Source of the DNA: an uncultured Methanoregulaceae archaeon | GTDB taxonomy: Archaea; Halobacteriota; Methanomicrobia; Methanomicrobiales; Methanospirillaceae | Reading direction: 5' to 3' | DNA: 64,000 nucleotides | Assembly: GCA_963737635.1 (NCBI GenBank) | Contig: CAVTTL010000001.1 | Location: forward strand, 1,888,001-1,952,000 | Part shown: positions 22,096-31,136 of the stretch, piece after piece | Position numbering within the stretch: the stretch's first letter is position 1 | How the letters are laid out: each line of letters opens with the position of its first letter | Notes under the pieces: model-generated | Databases searched by the model: none | What the model was told of the DNA's origin: nothing | What the model saw: only the letters and a program-made list of their open reading frames with translations | Translations under genes and position numbers: made by a program

Positions 22096-22346
22096 AGGAA
22101 TCAGAGAGAAATATCCGGATCTTTTTAAAAGATATCGCTGACAACATCCTCCGTACAGAACGCTTCACAAAAGGGATCACATTCGAAGAGTTCCGGGACG
22201 ATGAAAAAACCTATTATGCGACGGTCCAGTGCATCGAAATTATCGGTGAAGCGGCAAAGCACATCCCTCCACACGTGCGGTCCCGGTACCCCGAGGTTCC
22301 CTGGGACGATGTGGCAGGCATGCGGGACAAGTTGATCCACGTATAG
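22092..22346 (+). CDS. HEPN (DUF86/HepT) toxin, C-terminally truncated
   Basis: IEIIGEAAK...[14 protein letters not shown]; stop immediately after the RX4H motif. Confidence 0.8.
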   Translation: MKESERNIRIFLKDIADNILRTERFTKGITFEEFRDDEKTYYATVQCIEIIGEAAKHIPPHVRSRYPEVPWDDVAGMRDKLIHV

Positions 22347-22510
22347 AAACGTCTAGGAACGATCAGGAATTTGGAGGAAATCCTCCGGAATTTGGGGTCC
22401 GGCCGGCTCCAACCGTTAGGAGATTTTTTTTCAGCCCGTACCCGGTCGCGCTTTTTATAAGTTTGATACGTGCAGAAAAAGTAAATATTTACAATACGTA
22501 TCATCCTGTC

Positions 22511-22717
22511 ATGACAGGATCAGAGTGTGCCACAAAGAGAATACCGGTCTGCCCGAGTACCTGGGAAACTATCCACCAGCTCAGGAGGCCCGGACAAACA
22601 TTTGACGATGTGATCAACGAACTCCTCCGCAAAGATTCCGAGACGCGGTTAATTGAAGAGATGGGACGGAGGCGAAAGAGGGGCCAGTACGTCCCGCTCT
22701 CGGAGATTAAGGCGTGA
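22511..22717 (+). CDS. Putative antitoxin
   Basis: 68 aa; GQTFDDVINELL; GTGA overlap with relE. Confidence 0.7.
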   Translation: MTGSECATKRIPVCPSTWETIHQLRRPGQTFDDVINELLRKDSETRLIEEMGRRRKRGQYVPLSEIKA

Positions 22718-22998
22718 ATTTTGAAGTCATCATCGATATCGATGAAATCGCGTACATAAATTCTCTTGACAACAAGGACAAACGGATAATCAAGAACCGT
22801 CTTAAAACCTTGGAAAACGACCCGTTTCCGGGAAAGGGAGGGGATAAAGAACTCCTGAATCTCCGTGAAGGTGTCGAAATTTACCGGCTTCACATCGGGC
22901 ACACCTTTACGGCATTTTACGAGATTGAAGGGAAAACCGTTTTCGTAAACGAGATCCTGACCATCGAGCAGGCTCACAAAAAATATAAAAGATTATAA
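22714..22998 (+). CDS. RelE/ParE-family toxin
   Basis: YINSLDNKDKRIIKNRLKTLENDPFPG...YRLHIGHTFTAFYEI...AHKKY. Confidence 0.8.
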   Translation: MNFEVIIDIDEIAYINSLDNKDKRIIKNRLKTLENDPFPGKGGDKELLNLREGVEIYRLHIGHTFTAFYEIEGKTVFVNEILTIEQAHKKYKRL

Positions 22999-23109
22999 TT
23001 TGGCTGCATTTCTGTCGCAATGCTCACCAGAGATTCAGAAACTATCAAGATACTTTTCTCCCGGTGACGTAAAAACCAGGCAGCGAGGGGAATAGAGTCC
23101 TGTAGTATA

Positions 23110-23260
23110 TTACCCGAAGAGTTCCCGCAGGATGGACTCCAGGTCTCTCTTCCGATGATCTGCGACGTTTTTAAGAATTCCATGGAGAGTACCACCGGGA
23201 AGGGTTTATAGGGGGAAATCGTAATGTCAGATTTTTTCCGTTTACCTTAGCCGAAAGCCC
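23110..23260 (-). pseudogene. hicA 3' remnant, paralogous to 9996-10150
   Basis: Shared DNA blocks cccgaagagttcc, tgatctgc, tttaagaattc.atggagagtacc, ccgaaagcc. Confidence 0.7.
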
Positions 23261-23398
23261 CACGTTCCCTCTCGGATCTTTTTTGGTCGATTTGCGGGTT
23301 TATTGCGAGTATCGATCGAAGGGACATTATGGTTAATTTCTTAACTATTAGAGAAAATCAAAAGGAAATATTTTATTGATCGGCAAAACAAGCATATC

Positions 23399-26300
23399 GT
23401 GATGTACAAGTGGCCAGCATTCTCCGCACAGCACCTCATCCTGCTCGTTTTCATCCCGCTGCTGTTCGGGGCACTCGTTTGTGCGGACAATGTCCCTCAG
23501 AACCTCCAGAATACAACGCTCCAGATGGCGTCCCCGGTACAGGGACACCAAGTCTGGAACTATACGACCGGAGACTGGATCGCATCGTCCCCTGCCATTT
23601 CGGGCAACATAGTCTATGTCGGAAGCGAAGATGGTAACGTCTACGCTCTCAGCGCAGGCACAGGGGCTGTAGTCTGGAAATACCAGACAGGAACGTATGT
23701 ATCATCGTCTCCCCGGATCGCAGCAGGCATCGTTTATATCGGCGGCGGGGACGGGAAGATCTATGCCCTGAATACTGGTACCGGGACACCCTTATGGACC
23801 TACCAGACCGGCGCCAGCATCTCGTCGTCCCCTGCGATTGCCGGCGGGATGGTATTCGTCGGGAGCGAAGACGGGAAGATCTATGCGCTCGATGCAGTGT
23901 CCGGAAGCCAGATCTGGAATTACACGACAGGCACGTATATTCATTCCTCCCCAGTGGTTTCTGGGGGGAACGTTTATTTCGGCAGTTATGACCACAACGT
24001 GTATGCGCTCAATGCAACGACGGGCGGCCTGTCCTGGAATTATACCACGGGAGATACGGTCCTGTCCTCACCCGCAATCTCCGGCGGTACCGTGTATATC
24101 GGCAGTTACGATCACAATGTGTACGCACTCGACGCAGGGTCAGGCACGGTACTGTGGAAATGTACGACGGGCGGGAACGTCCTCTCGTCTCCCGCTGTCT
24201 CCGGCGGGGTTGTCTACGTTGGCAGCGGCGACGGGAATATCTATGCCCTTGATGCGAACTCCGGGGCCGTGATCTGGACCTATAAGACCGGCGACGAGGT
24301 GGACTCGACGCCCCGTATCGATAACGGGATCGTGTATGCAGGAAGTACCGACGGGAACTTCTATGCCCTGAATGCCGCAACCGGGCAACCGGTCTGGTAT
24401 TATCCCACGGGAAACACTGGGGAGTCCTCCCCGGCAATTGCCAACGGGATCGTATATGTCGGCAGTTACAACCACAATCTCTACGCACTCTCAAACCTTG
24501 CGCCCGTCGCAGGTTTCAGCTCTGACGTGACCGGCGGGAAAACACCCCTGGTTGTGCAGTTCACCGATACCTCGACCGGTTCACCGGCTGCCTGGTCCTG
24601 GGATTTTGGCGACGATGAAACGTCCACCCTCGAAAACCCGGTCCATACCTACCTGGAATCGGGCAACTTTACGGTGAACCTCACGGTCACGAACGGCGGG
24701 GGATCGGACAGTATGGTTCAGCAGGATTATGTAAACGCGGTCACGATATTACCCCCGCCGCCCGTTGCGAACTTCACGGCCGATATAACCGGCGGAATAA
24801 CCCCGGTTACCGTCCGGTTTATGGATACGTCGACCAATAACCCGACATCGTGGCACTGGGATTTCGGCGATGGCAATACATCGACTGAGGAGAACCCCAC
24901 CTACACGTACCTCCAGCCCGGCACGTTTACCGTCACGCTGACCGCAGCAAACAGCGGAGGTAGTTCCGTCATGGCACTGGCTGCTCCCATCGTGGTCCAG
25001 CCGCGGGTGATCGTGCCCGGCCCGGATTTCGCCGTAAATGTGAGTTCCGGGACAGCGCCGTTTGCTGTCCAGTTCACTGATACCTCTACGGGGCCGGCAA
25101 TAACATCGTGGGCGTGGGACTTCACGGGGAACGGGACTATTGACAGCACGGCCCAGAACCCGGTCTGTGTCTATAACCTGCCGGGCAACTACACGGTCAA
25201 TCTCACCGTCACCAATGCCTTTGGGACAAAGACAATCGTCAAAACAGATTTCATCTCGGTCGGGAGCCTTGCGCCGGCTGTTTCATTTACGGCGAATAGA
25301 ACAACGGGAACATCTCCCCTTGCGGTTCAGTTCACCGATACATCCGTAGGCCAGAACATAACGGGCTGGTCGTGGGACTTCACGGGGAACGGGAGAATTG
25401 ACAGCACGGCCCGGGACCCGGTCTGCGTCTACAACCAGCCGGGTAACTATACCATCAACCTCACCGTCACGAATGCATATGGTTCGAACACGCTGACCCG
25501 GACCACCTTTATTACGGTCGGGAGCCCGGCCCCAGTCGCTGCATTTAATGCAATCCCGGTCTCAGGCATGGCTCCTCTCAGGGTCCAGTTCACTGATGCC
25601 TCAGTGGGCCGGAACATCACCGGGTGGGCGTGGGACTTCACGGGGAACGGGACTATTGACAGCACGGCCCAGGACCCGGTCTGCATCTATAACCAGGCAG
25701 GCAATTACACGGTTGGTCTTACTGTTACGGATGCCGATGGCACGAATACCTCGACAAAGGCCGGTTTTGTTCTTGTGACAAACGGGGTTAAACCGGATTT
25801 CACTGCGGATACGACCTCCGGTCTGGCCCCTCTTACCGTCCATTTCCACGACACGTCAGTTGGGTCGGGGATCACCGGATGGGCCTGGGACTTTAACAAT
25901 GACGGGACGGTTGACAGCACGGAGCAGAATCCCTCAGTAGTCTATAACAAGCCGGGAAACTATACCGTCAACCTGACGGTCACGAATGCCCTTGGCACGG
26001 GCTCGACCGTTAAACAGGGCTATATTACGGTCAATTCCCTGGCCCCCGTCGCCGGTTTCACTGCAAACACGACGTACGGGGTTGCGCCGGTCGCCGTGCA
26101 GTTCACAGATACCTCTCTTGGCCAGAATATAACGGGCTGGGCCTGGGATTTCAACAACGACGGCACAATCGACAGCACGGAACAGAATCCTTCCGTTGTC
26201 TACAACCAGCCGGGTAATTACACGGTCGATCTTACCGTCACGAATGCCTACGGACCGAACACGACCTCAAGATCAGGTTTCATCACGGTATCCAATGGAA

Positions 26301-26677
26301 TCCCGGTCGCACGGTTTGCGGTGAACAAAACCTCCGGTCCGGCTCCCCTTGCCGTCCAGTTCAGGGATATTTCAACCGGTCCCAATATTACACAGTGGTC
26401 CTGGGACTTTACGAACGACGGCACAATCGACAGCACGGAACAGGATCCGTCTGTTGTCTATAACTTGCCCGGGAACTATACGATCAATTATACGGTCACC
26501 AATGCGTACGGGTCAGAGTACGATCCTGCGAAAGGATTTCATTACGGTGACCGAGTGAGGTCCGGTGAAACCTCAGTTTTAAAGAGCGAGTGCCAAAAAA
26601 AGAGGATTTATCCGGTCAATGGTAGAAAAGTTCTTTGTTCTCCTCGAAAGGGGTCTCCCTTGGTTCACGCCGCGTGA
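23399..26677 (+). CDS. Secreted PQQ/BamB-type 8-bladed beta-propeller + 8 PKD repeats (true end probably ~26558)
   Basis: Eight WxYxTG...SSPAI..G.VY.GS.D..YAL repeats, then eight PKD units. Confidence 0.9.
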   Translation: MMYKWPAFSAQHLILLVFIPLLFGALVCADNVPQNLQNTTLQMASPVQGHQVWNYTTGDWIASSPAISGNIVYVGSEDGNVYALSAGTGAVVWKYQTGTYVSSSPRIAAGIVYIGGGDGKIYALNTGTGTPLWTYQTGASISSSPAIAGGMVFVGSEDGKIYALDAVSGSQIWNYTTGTYIHSSPVVSGGNVYFGSYDHNVYALNATTGGLSWNYTTGDTVLSSPAISGGTVYIGSYDHNVYALDAGSGTVLWKCTTGGNVLSSPAVSGGVVYVGSGDGNIYALDANSGAVIWTYKTGDEVDSTPRIDNGIVYAGSTDGNFYALNAATGQPVWYYPTGNTGESSPAIANGIVYVGSYNHNLYALSNLAPVAGFSSDVTGGKTPLVVQFTDTSTGSPAAWSWDFGDDETSTLENPVHTYLESGNFTVNLTVTNGGGSDSMVQQDYVNAVTILPPPPVANFTADITGGITPVTVRFMDTSTNNPTSWHWDFGDGNTSTEENPTYTYLQPGTFTVTLTAANSGGSSVMALAAPIVVQPRVIVPGPDFAVNVSSGTAPFAVQFTDTSTGPAITSWAWDFTGNGTIDSTAQNPVCVYNLPGNYTVNLTVTNAFGTKTIVKTDFISVGSLAPAVSFTANRTTGTSPLAVQFTDTSVGQNITGWSWDFTGNGRIDSTARDPVCVYNQPGNYTINLTVTNAYGSNTLTRTTFITVGSPAPVAAFNAIPVSGMAPLRVQFTDASVGRNITGWAWDFTGNGTIDSTAQDPVCIYNQAGNYTVGLTVTDADGTNTSTKAGFVLVTNGVKPDFTADTTSGLAPLTVHFHDTSVGSGITGWAWDFNNDGTVDSTEQNPSVVYNKPGNYTVNLTVTNALGTGSTVKQGYITVNSLAPVAGFTANTTYGVAPVAVQFTDTSLGQNITGWAWDFNNDGTIDSTEQNPSVVYNQPGNYTVDLTVTNAYGPNTTSRSGFITVSNGIPVARFAVNKTSGPAPLAVQFRDISTGPNITQWSWDFTNDGTIDSTEQDPSVVYNLPGNYTINYTVTNAYGSEYDPAKGFHYGDRVRSGETSVLKSECQKKRIYPVNGRKVLCSPRKGSPLVHAA

Positions 26678-27114
26678 GGTTGGCAGGCTGCCGAAGCGGT
26701 TTCCGGTGTGCACAGCACTTCGCGGGAAGAGTAATGCTTTGCGTTCTTCTTTTTTGTGAGCCAGATCAGTTTCCCATCCACGAACCCGAATGATTCCATG
26801 AAAATAACCTGGACGGTCTTTGGTATGGCTGAAACGTTTGCTGCCTTGGGGACGATCAGGTACTGTCCTTTGAGAGCCTTTCTTTTCAGGGAAATCGCCA
26901 GCGTCTCGAGTGCCAGCGCCGATGGTTCTTCATTGTAAGAGACTGCAAGGGCCGCCATCTCTGTCCTGCCCCGTACATCCCGGGAAAGGATCCCGGCCAT
27001 ATCGTGGGCAGACGGCGACGTGATTTCCCGGTAGACCCATCCCTCGTACTCCGTGAAATGGGCACGGATCTCCTTGAGCGCAAAAGTCTGCATGACATCG
27101 TGTGATGAACCCAT
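26665..27114 (-). CDS. Hypothetical protein
   Basis: ~150-aa ORF with AT-rich upstream region. Confidence 0.55.
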   Translation of the reverse strand: MGSSHDVMQTFALKEIRAHFTEYEGWVYREITSPSAHDMAGILSRDVRGRTEMAALAVSYNEEPSALALETLAISLKRKALKGQYLIVPKAANVSAIPKTVQVIFMESFGFVDGKLIWLTKKKNAKHYSSREVLCTPETASAACQPHAA

Positions 27115-27269
27115 GTTGATCCCAAGAAAATGGTTCACGGAACCATATAAGTTTTATTAAACTATTTTATTTTGTGGAAAGGTTAATTAAAAAAGATTTT
27201 GTCGGTACTTATCTTCTCTGAAGTCGGGGCTAATTGAGCTCCCTTTTTTTGGTATTCTTCAGGAAAGCA

Positions 27270-28298
27270 TCAGAGTCGCAGGAGGCGTTCTGCATTCCCG
27301 TGTGCTATCTTATGCTTATCCGCAAAACTCACCGGGAGTTGATCCAGGAAGGTGCGTGCTTCGGCCATAGAACTGTACGGGTAATCGGTAGAGAACATGA
27401 TCCGGTCGGCTCCGACTTGAAGATACAGGTTGAGGAATGTCGGGGTAAAGTTGAAACCGCTGAACGTATAGTAAACATTCTCCTGAAGGTAATCTGCGAC
27501 AGGATGCTTGAGTTTCGTTACGTTCATAGACAAACCTTTGTCGAGTCTGGGCATCATAAAGGGAAGAGCCTCCCCCATGTGGCCGATCACGATCTGAAGA
27601 CCCGGGAACTGGTCGAAAGCGCCACTGAGGATGAGACGGAGGACATGGACCGCAGTCTCGATATGCCAGCCCCACCCGTGCCGGGATAACCCGTTTGTTA
27701 CTTCTGGTGAGAAGCCCGCATAATACACTTCAATCACTGGTGCCGGCGGTGGTGTCGGATGAATGCAGAGCGGGACCTTGAGCGCTTCGGCACGCTCCAG
27801 GATTGGCCAAAAGGATTGGTCATCCAGGTAGCGGCCCCGGGTGTGGCCGTTGATCCAACCTCCTTTGAAACCATGCTCATTGACCGTGCGTTCCAGCTCG
27901 TCGGCTGCGATATTGGGAGCCACTGTCGGCAGTGTGGCAAATCCGGCGAAACGTTTTGGGTACCGCCGCACCGCTTCCGCAAGATAGTCGTTTGCTTCAC
28001 GGGCCAGATTTTCTGCCTCGGTCGCGTCGAGTTGCTGCACGGAGGGATCGGTCAATGACAATACCTGCACGTCGATCCCCGCGGCGTCCATTTCGGCGAT
28101 TCTTTTATCACCGAGATTGGACAAATCGTCGGCAAGATTCCCAAAACCAAAGCGCCCTGCCATCCGGGGCTGTTCCCTGAGCCTCCGTCCCGGGCCATCC
28201 AGGAATGCCGGGCTGGCATAGTGCTCTTCAAGCGCAATCGTCCGCATCAATTCGCGATCACCGGTGTGAGAAACGGTTTCGGAAGCCTTCTTTTCCAT
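27270..28298 (-). CDS. Amidohydrolase_2-family protein (ACMSD/aromatic-acid decarboxylase-like)
   Basis: IALEEH, RIAEMDAAGIDVQVLS, IHP, GHMGE, FSTDYPY, NAERLL. Confidence 0.9.
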   Translation of the reverse strand: MEKKASETVSHTGDRELMRTIALEEHYASPAFLDGPGRRLREQPRMAGRFGFGNLADDLSNLGDKRIAEMDAAGIDVQVLSLTDPSVQQLDATEAENLAREANDYLAEAVRRYPKRFAGFATLPTVAPNIAADELERTVNEHGFKGGWINGHTRGRYLDDQSFWPILERAEALKVPLCIHPTPPPAPVIEVYYAGFSPEVTNGLSRHGWGWHIETAVHVLRLILSGAFDQFPGLQIVIGHMGEALPFMMPRLDKGLSMNVTKLKHPVADYLQENVYYTFSGFNFTPTFLNLYLQVGADRIMFSTDYPYSSMAEARTFLDQLPVSFADKHKIAHGNAERLLRL

Positions 28299-28580
28299 AA
28301 TCCCTGATTCTTGTGAAGTCCTGAAATAATTTCTCATTGATCTTAGTTGGTGGCCCTGCCTCAACCACGTATGTGATTTTACTCTATGGGGCTGGGTAGA
28401 GATCATCTCAACAAGCTCCCGGGAATAGATCTGACAAGGAAGATTTTCACGACGGAGGGTCGTAACCTCAGCTATCCTACTATTATATACCAGATTCCCG
28501 GGAAAGACGATCGTAACCACAGGGGGAGGGCCGAAATTCGATCACTGCCCATCCCCTCACACTGGAAAAGAGGTTTTTCC

Positions 28581-28817
28581 CTGACAACCCCTCTCACTTC
28601 CCTTCTTGAGTACTCTGGCGCCGGCCTGGGGATACTGGGGTGGCTTGGTGTACGGCAGGTAGGCAGCATCGGGGCCCAGGAAATCGGTTTTATTGTGTGG
28701 ATTGTGAGTGGGCTAATCCTGATTGTTTGGGGATACCATACCCGGGCAAAGGCGATTATGGTTATCAATGCCGTAAATGTCATTATGGCAGTATCTGCAC
28801 TGACTGCGCTCCACTAG
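28581..28817 (+). CDS. Small membrane protein (start uncertain)
   Basis: Three hydrophobic helices in the 3' half of ORF 28386-28817. Confidence 0.45.
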   Translation: MTTPLTSLLEYSGAGLGILGWLGVRQVGSIGAQEIGFIVWIVSGLILIVWGYHTRAKAIMVINAVNVIMAVSALTALH

Positions 28818-29021
28818 TGCCATGATTATCTAAAAATAGGAGTGCGTTTGGTTCTGGCGCATTGTCAGGATTTTTTCTTATCGGCGAGGGGTTTTATTAT
28901 GCCCATGCATGAGAATTATACAACGTATAGATTTATCATTCCTGCACCCGTAGACCTTTTCATAAAGGCGATCAACAGGTAAATTATACCATCCTGTCGG
29001 GTGCTTAAGGAAGCGATTACT

Positions 29022-29729
29022 ATGGACTTTGGAAAACTCATCGAAGAGACCTATAATTATACGAAGACCGGCGTGTTCAACCGTACCGATCGTTGGCTGA
29101 GATTGATTCTTGCAACGATCCTCATAGGAATCCCGCTGTATGGCTGGGTCCTGCGGATCTATCGTGGTGCAAACCCGGCACCGGATGTGGATGCATGGGG
29201 AACACTCTGTATCGATGGCCTTAAACTTTTGATAATCTGCCTGATTTACGCGATCCCGGTGATTCTTATTACCCTTATCCAGAATCTGGTCCTTTATGGC
29301 AGCATAATAGGTGTGGGGGTCCGGCACGTTGGCACTGCCATGCCCTTTTCCCCGGGTAAAATGCTGCTCTTTTTGGCACTCATTGTGATATTCGAGATTA
29401 TTATCGCAATTCTTGTGCCGATCGCATCGATCAGGTTTGCCCGGACCGGGAAGTTTCTCGAAGCGTTTAACTTCCGGGCCATAATCGACTCTATTGGGAA
29501 AATCGGATGGCTCAACTACATCATTGCCATCATCCTTCTGGCTGTCGTCATCGGCATCCCGATCTTCGTTCTCGTTGTGATAGCCGTCTTTGCTGGAATA
29601 TTCGCAGGCCACATATTGATCGCCCTCGGTATAGTACTCCTCTTTATCCTCATCATCACGCCACTTCTGGCGACCTTCCAGGCCCGGTACTATACCCAGG
29701 TTTATGATAGTGCGGTTCAGACAGCCTAA
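29022..29729 (+). CDS. DUF4013-like membrane protein
   Basis: MDFG...YGWVLRIYRG..P.P...W..L.IDGLK; RFARTGKFLEAFNF; IGWLNYI. Confidence 0.8.
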   Translation: MDFGKLIEETYNYTKTGVFNRTDRWLRLILATILIGIPLYGWVLRIYRGANPAPDVDAWGTLCIDGLKLLIICLIYAIPVILITLIQNLVLYGSIIGVGVRHVGTAMPFSPGKMLLFLALIVIFEIIIAILVPIASIRFARTGKFLEAFNFRAIIDSIGKIGWLNYIIAIILLAVVIGIPIFVLVVIAVFAGIFAGHILIALGIVLLFILIITPLLATFQARYYTQVYDSAVQTA

Positions 29730-29901
29730 TTCTCATCTTTTTTCGTCAGGGGCAATCCCAAAGGGTTTTCTGCATTTTCGAAAAATACCCATGCATAAAC
29801 GGAGATCTGTTTTTCACACCCGTCAAAAGTACCGGATTTTACAAGGCATTTTTGTCAGTATCCAAATGTTTATTTTTTGGCAATCCGTTCCAAGCAACTA
29901 T

Positions 29902-30597
29902 ATGGGTAGCGTTCACTTTTTCGCACTATCGGAAAGGGGGCTCCAGGGAACCAATCACGATGACTACTGTGCTGAGCGAATAGGGGCATACGAGGTCTTT
30001 GCCGTTGCTGGCGGGAATCCGGGATCGTCTGCCGGGCAGCAGGCAAGCGAGATCGCCGTTACCTCGCTGCGGGATGCCGTGAAAAAAAACTCCCGTGACC
30101 CGGCAGAGATCCTGGAAACGGCAATTGCCGATGCAGATGCACAGATCGGTGCCCTAACCCCGCATGACCGGGAACACGGTATGGGTACCGATCTCTGTGC
30201 CTGTCTTATCGACGATAACATGGACTGTACTATTCTCGATACCGGAAACGGGGGCGTGTACCATATCTCACCGGGTATCGGTATCGTGTTTCCTTCAGAG
30301 ATCCCGTTCTCTGAGAATGTCCACCCCTCGCTGAAGAAGAGGGTTATTTCACACACGCTGGGTGAACCGCTCGTGCTCAAAAGTTCGGCATTCAGCCGGG
30401 TAAACCTCCGGGATTCGTTTATTGTCCTGAGTTCGGGTGGATTGTATGATTATGTCAAAAGGGAAGACATCCGTTCCATCGTTGAAAAGAATGCCGGGAA
30501 TGTCGAGACGTCCTGTGAAGAACTCAAAGACCGTGCGCTGCTGGCAGGGAGCGATAAAACAATAACGCTCATTATCATCAGAGGAAGTGAGAATTAA
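29902..30597 (+). CDS. PP2C/PPM-fold protein with degenerate catalytic residues
   Basis: PP2C-like scaffold (S.RG...NHDD, FAVAGG, ASEIAV, MGT.L, ISHTLG, LSSGGLYDYV, ALLAGSDKTIT). Confidence 0.7.
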   Translation: MGSVHFFALSERGLQGTNHDDYCAERIGAYEVFAVAGGNPGSSAGQQASEIAVTSLRDAVKKNSRDPAEILETAIADADAQIGALTPHDREHGMGTDLCACLIDDNMDCTILDTGNGGVYHISPGIGIVFPSEIPFSENVHPSLKKRVISHTLGEPLVLKSSAFSRVNLRDSFIVLSSGGLYDYVKREDIRSIVEKNAGNVETSCEELKDRALLAGSDKTITLIIIRGSEN

Positions 30598-30608
30598 AAA
30601 ATAACGAA

Positions 30609-30950
30609 TTAAATGTACCGGTTTTTCCGCAGCCAATCTGTCTGAGGCTTGAGGTACCGGTAAATAATATCGCATTTTTCATCCTGGAAACTCCAGGGGA
30701 CGATTAGGACGGTATCGCCTTCCCGTATCCACTGTCGTTTCTTTATCTTTCCCTTGATCCTGCCCATGCGGGGAACGCCATCAATACACTGGACACGAAT
30801 GTGATTTGCCCCCATCATTGTTTCGGCACGGGCGAACTGCTCGTTGTTCCATTTCTTCGGCAGCCGTACACGGCAGACCGGCGTACCATCAGGGTTTAAT
30901 GCATTCGGATCTGCTGCACCTGTATCTTCTTTCCTGTGAAAACCACTCAT
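30609..30950 (-). CDS. eif1a: Translation initiation factor aIF-1A
   Basis: RVRLP...MMGANHIRVQCIDG..RMGRIKGKIKKRQWIREGD..PW.FQDEKCDIIYRY. Confidence 0.95.
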   Translation of the reverse strand: MSGFHRKEDTGAADPNALNPDGTPVCRVRLPKKWNNEQFARAETMMGANHIRVQCIDGVPRMGRIKGKIKKRQWIREGDTVLIVPWSFQDEKCDIIYRYLKPQTDWLRKNRYI

Positions 30951-31136
30951 TCAACCAACTACGTACGCACTACAGGTGATGGCTGATATATTGAAGGTAT
31001 GTATGGTGGACACCGGGCACACCCAATAATGCAGGAAAACGGAATCTGGCTTTTTTGAACTTTCTTCAGGGTCTTTTTCCCGACCGTGACCGAAGGGCTC
31101 TTTAGTTCCCACACGTAACCCTACCCACAGGAGATA

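Noticed and set aside
8500-23260. Integron, IS element or provirus explaining the TA clusters
   Set aside because: No integrase, transposase, terminal inverted repeats, attC-like repeats or viral genes were recognised.
23550-26520. Periodic DNA repeats as a CRISPR array
   Set aside because: The repeats are in-frame propeller and PKD coding units with no repeat-spacer structure, and no cas genes are present.
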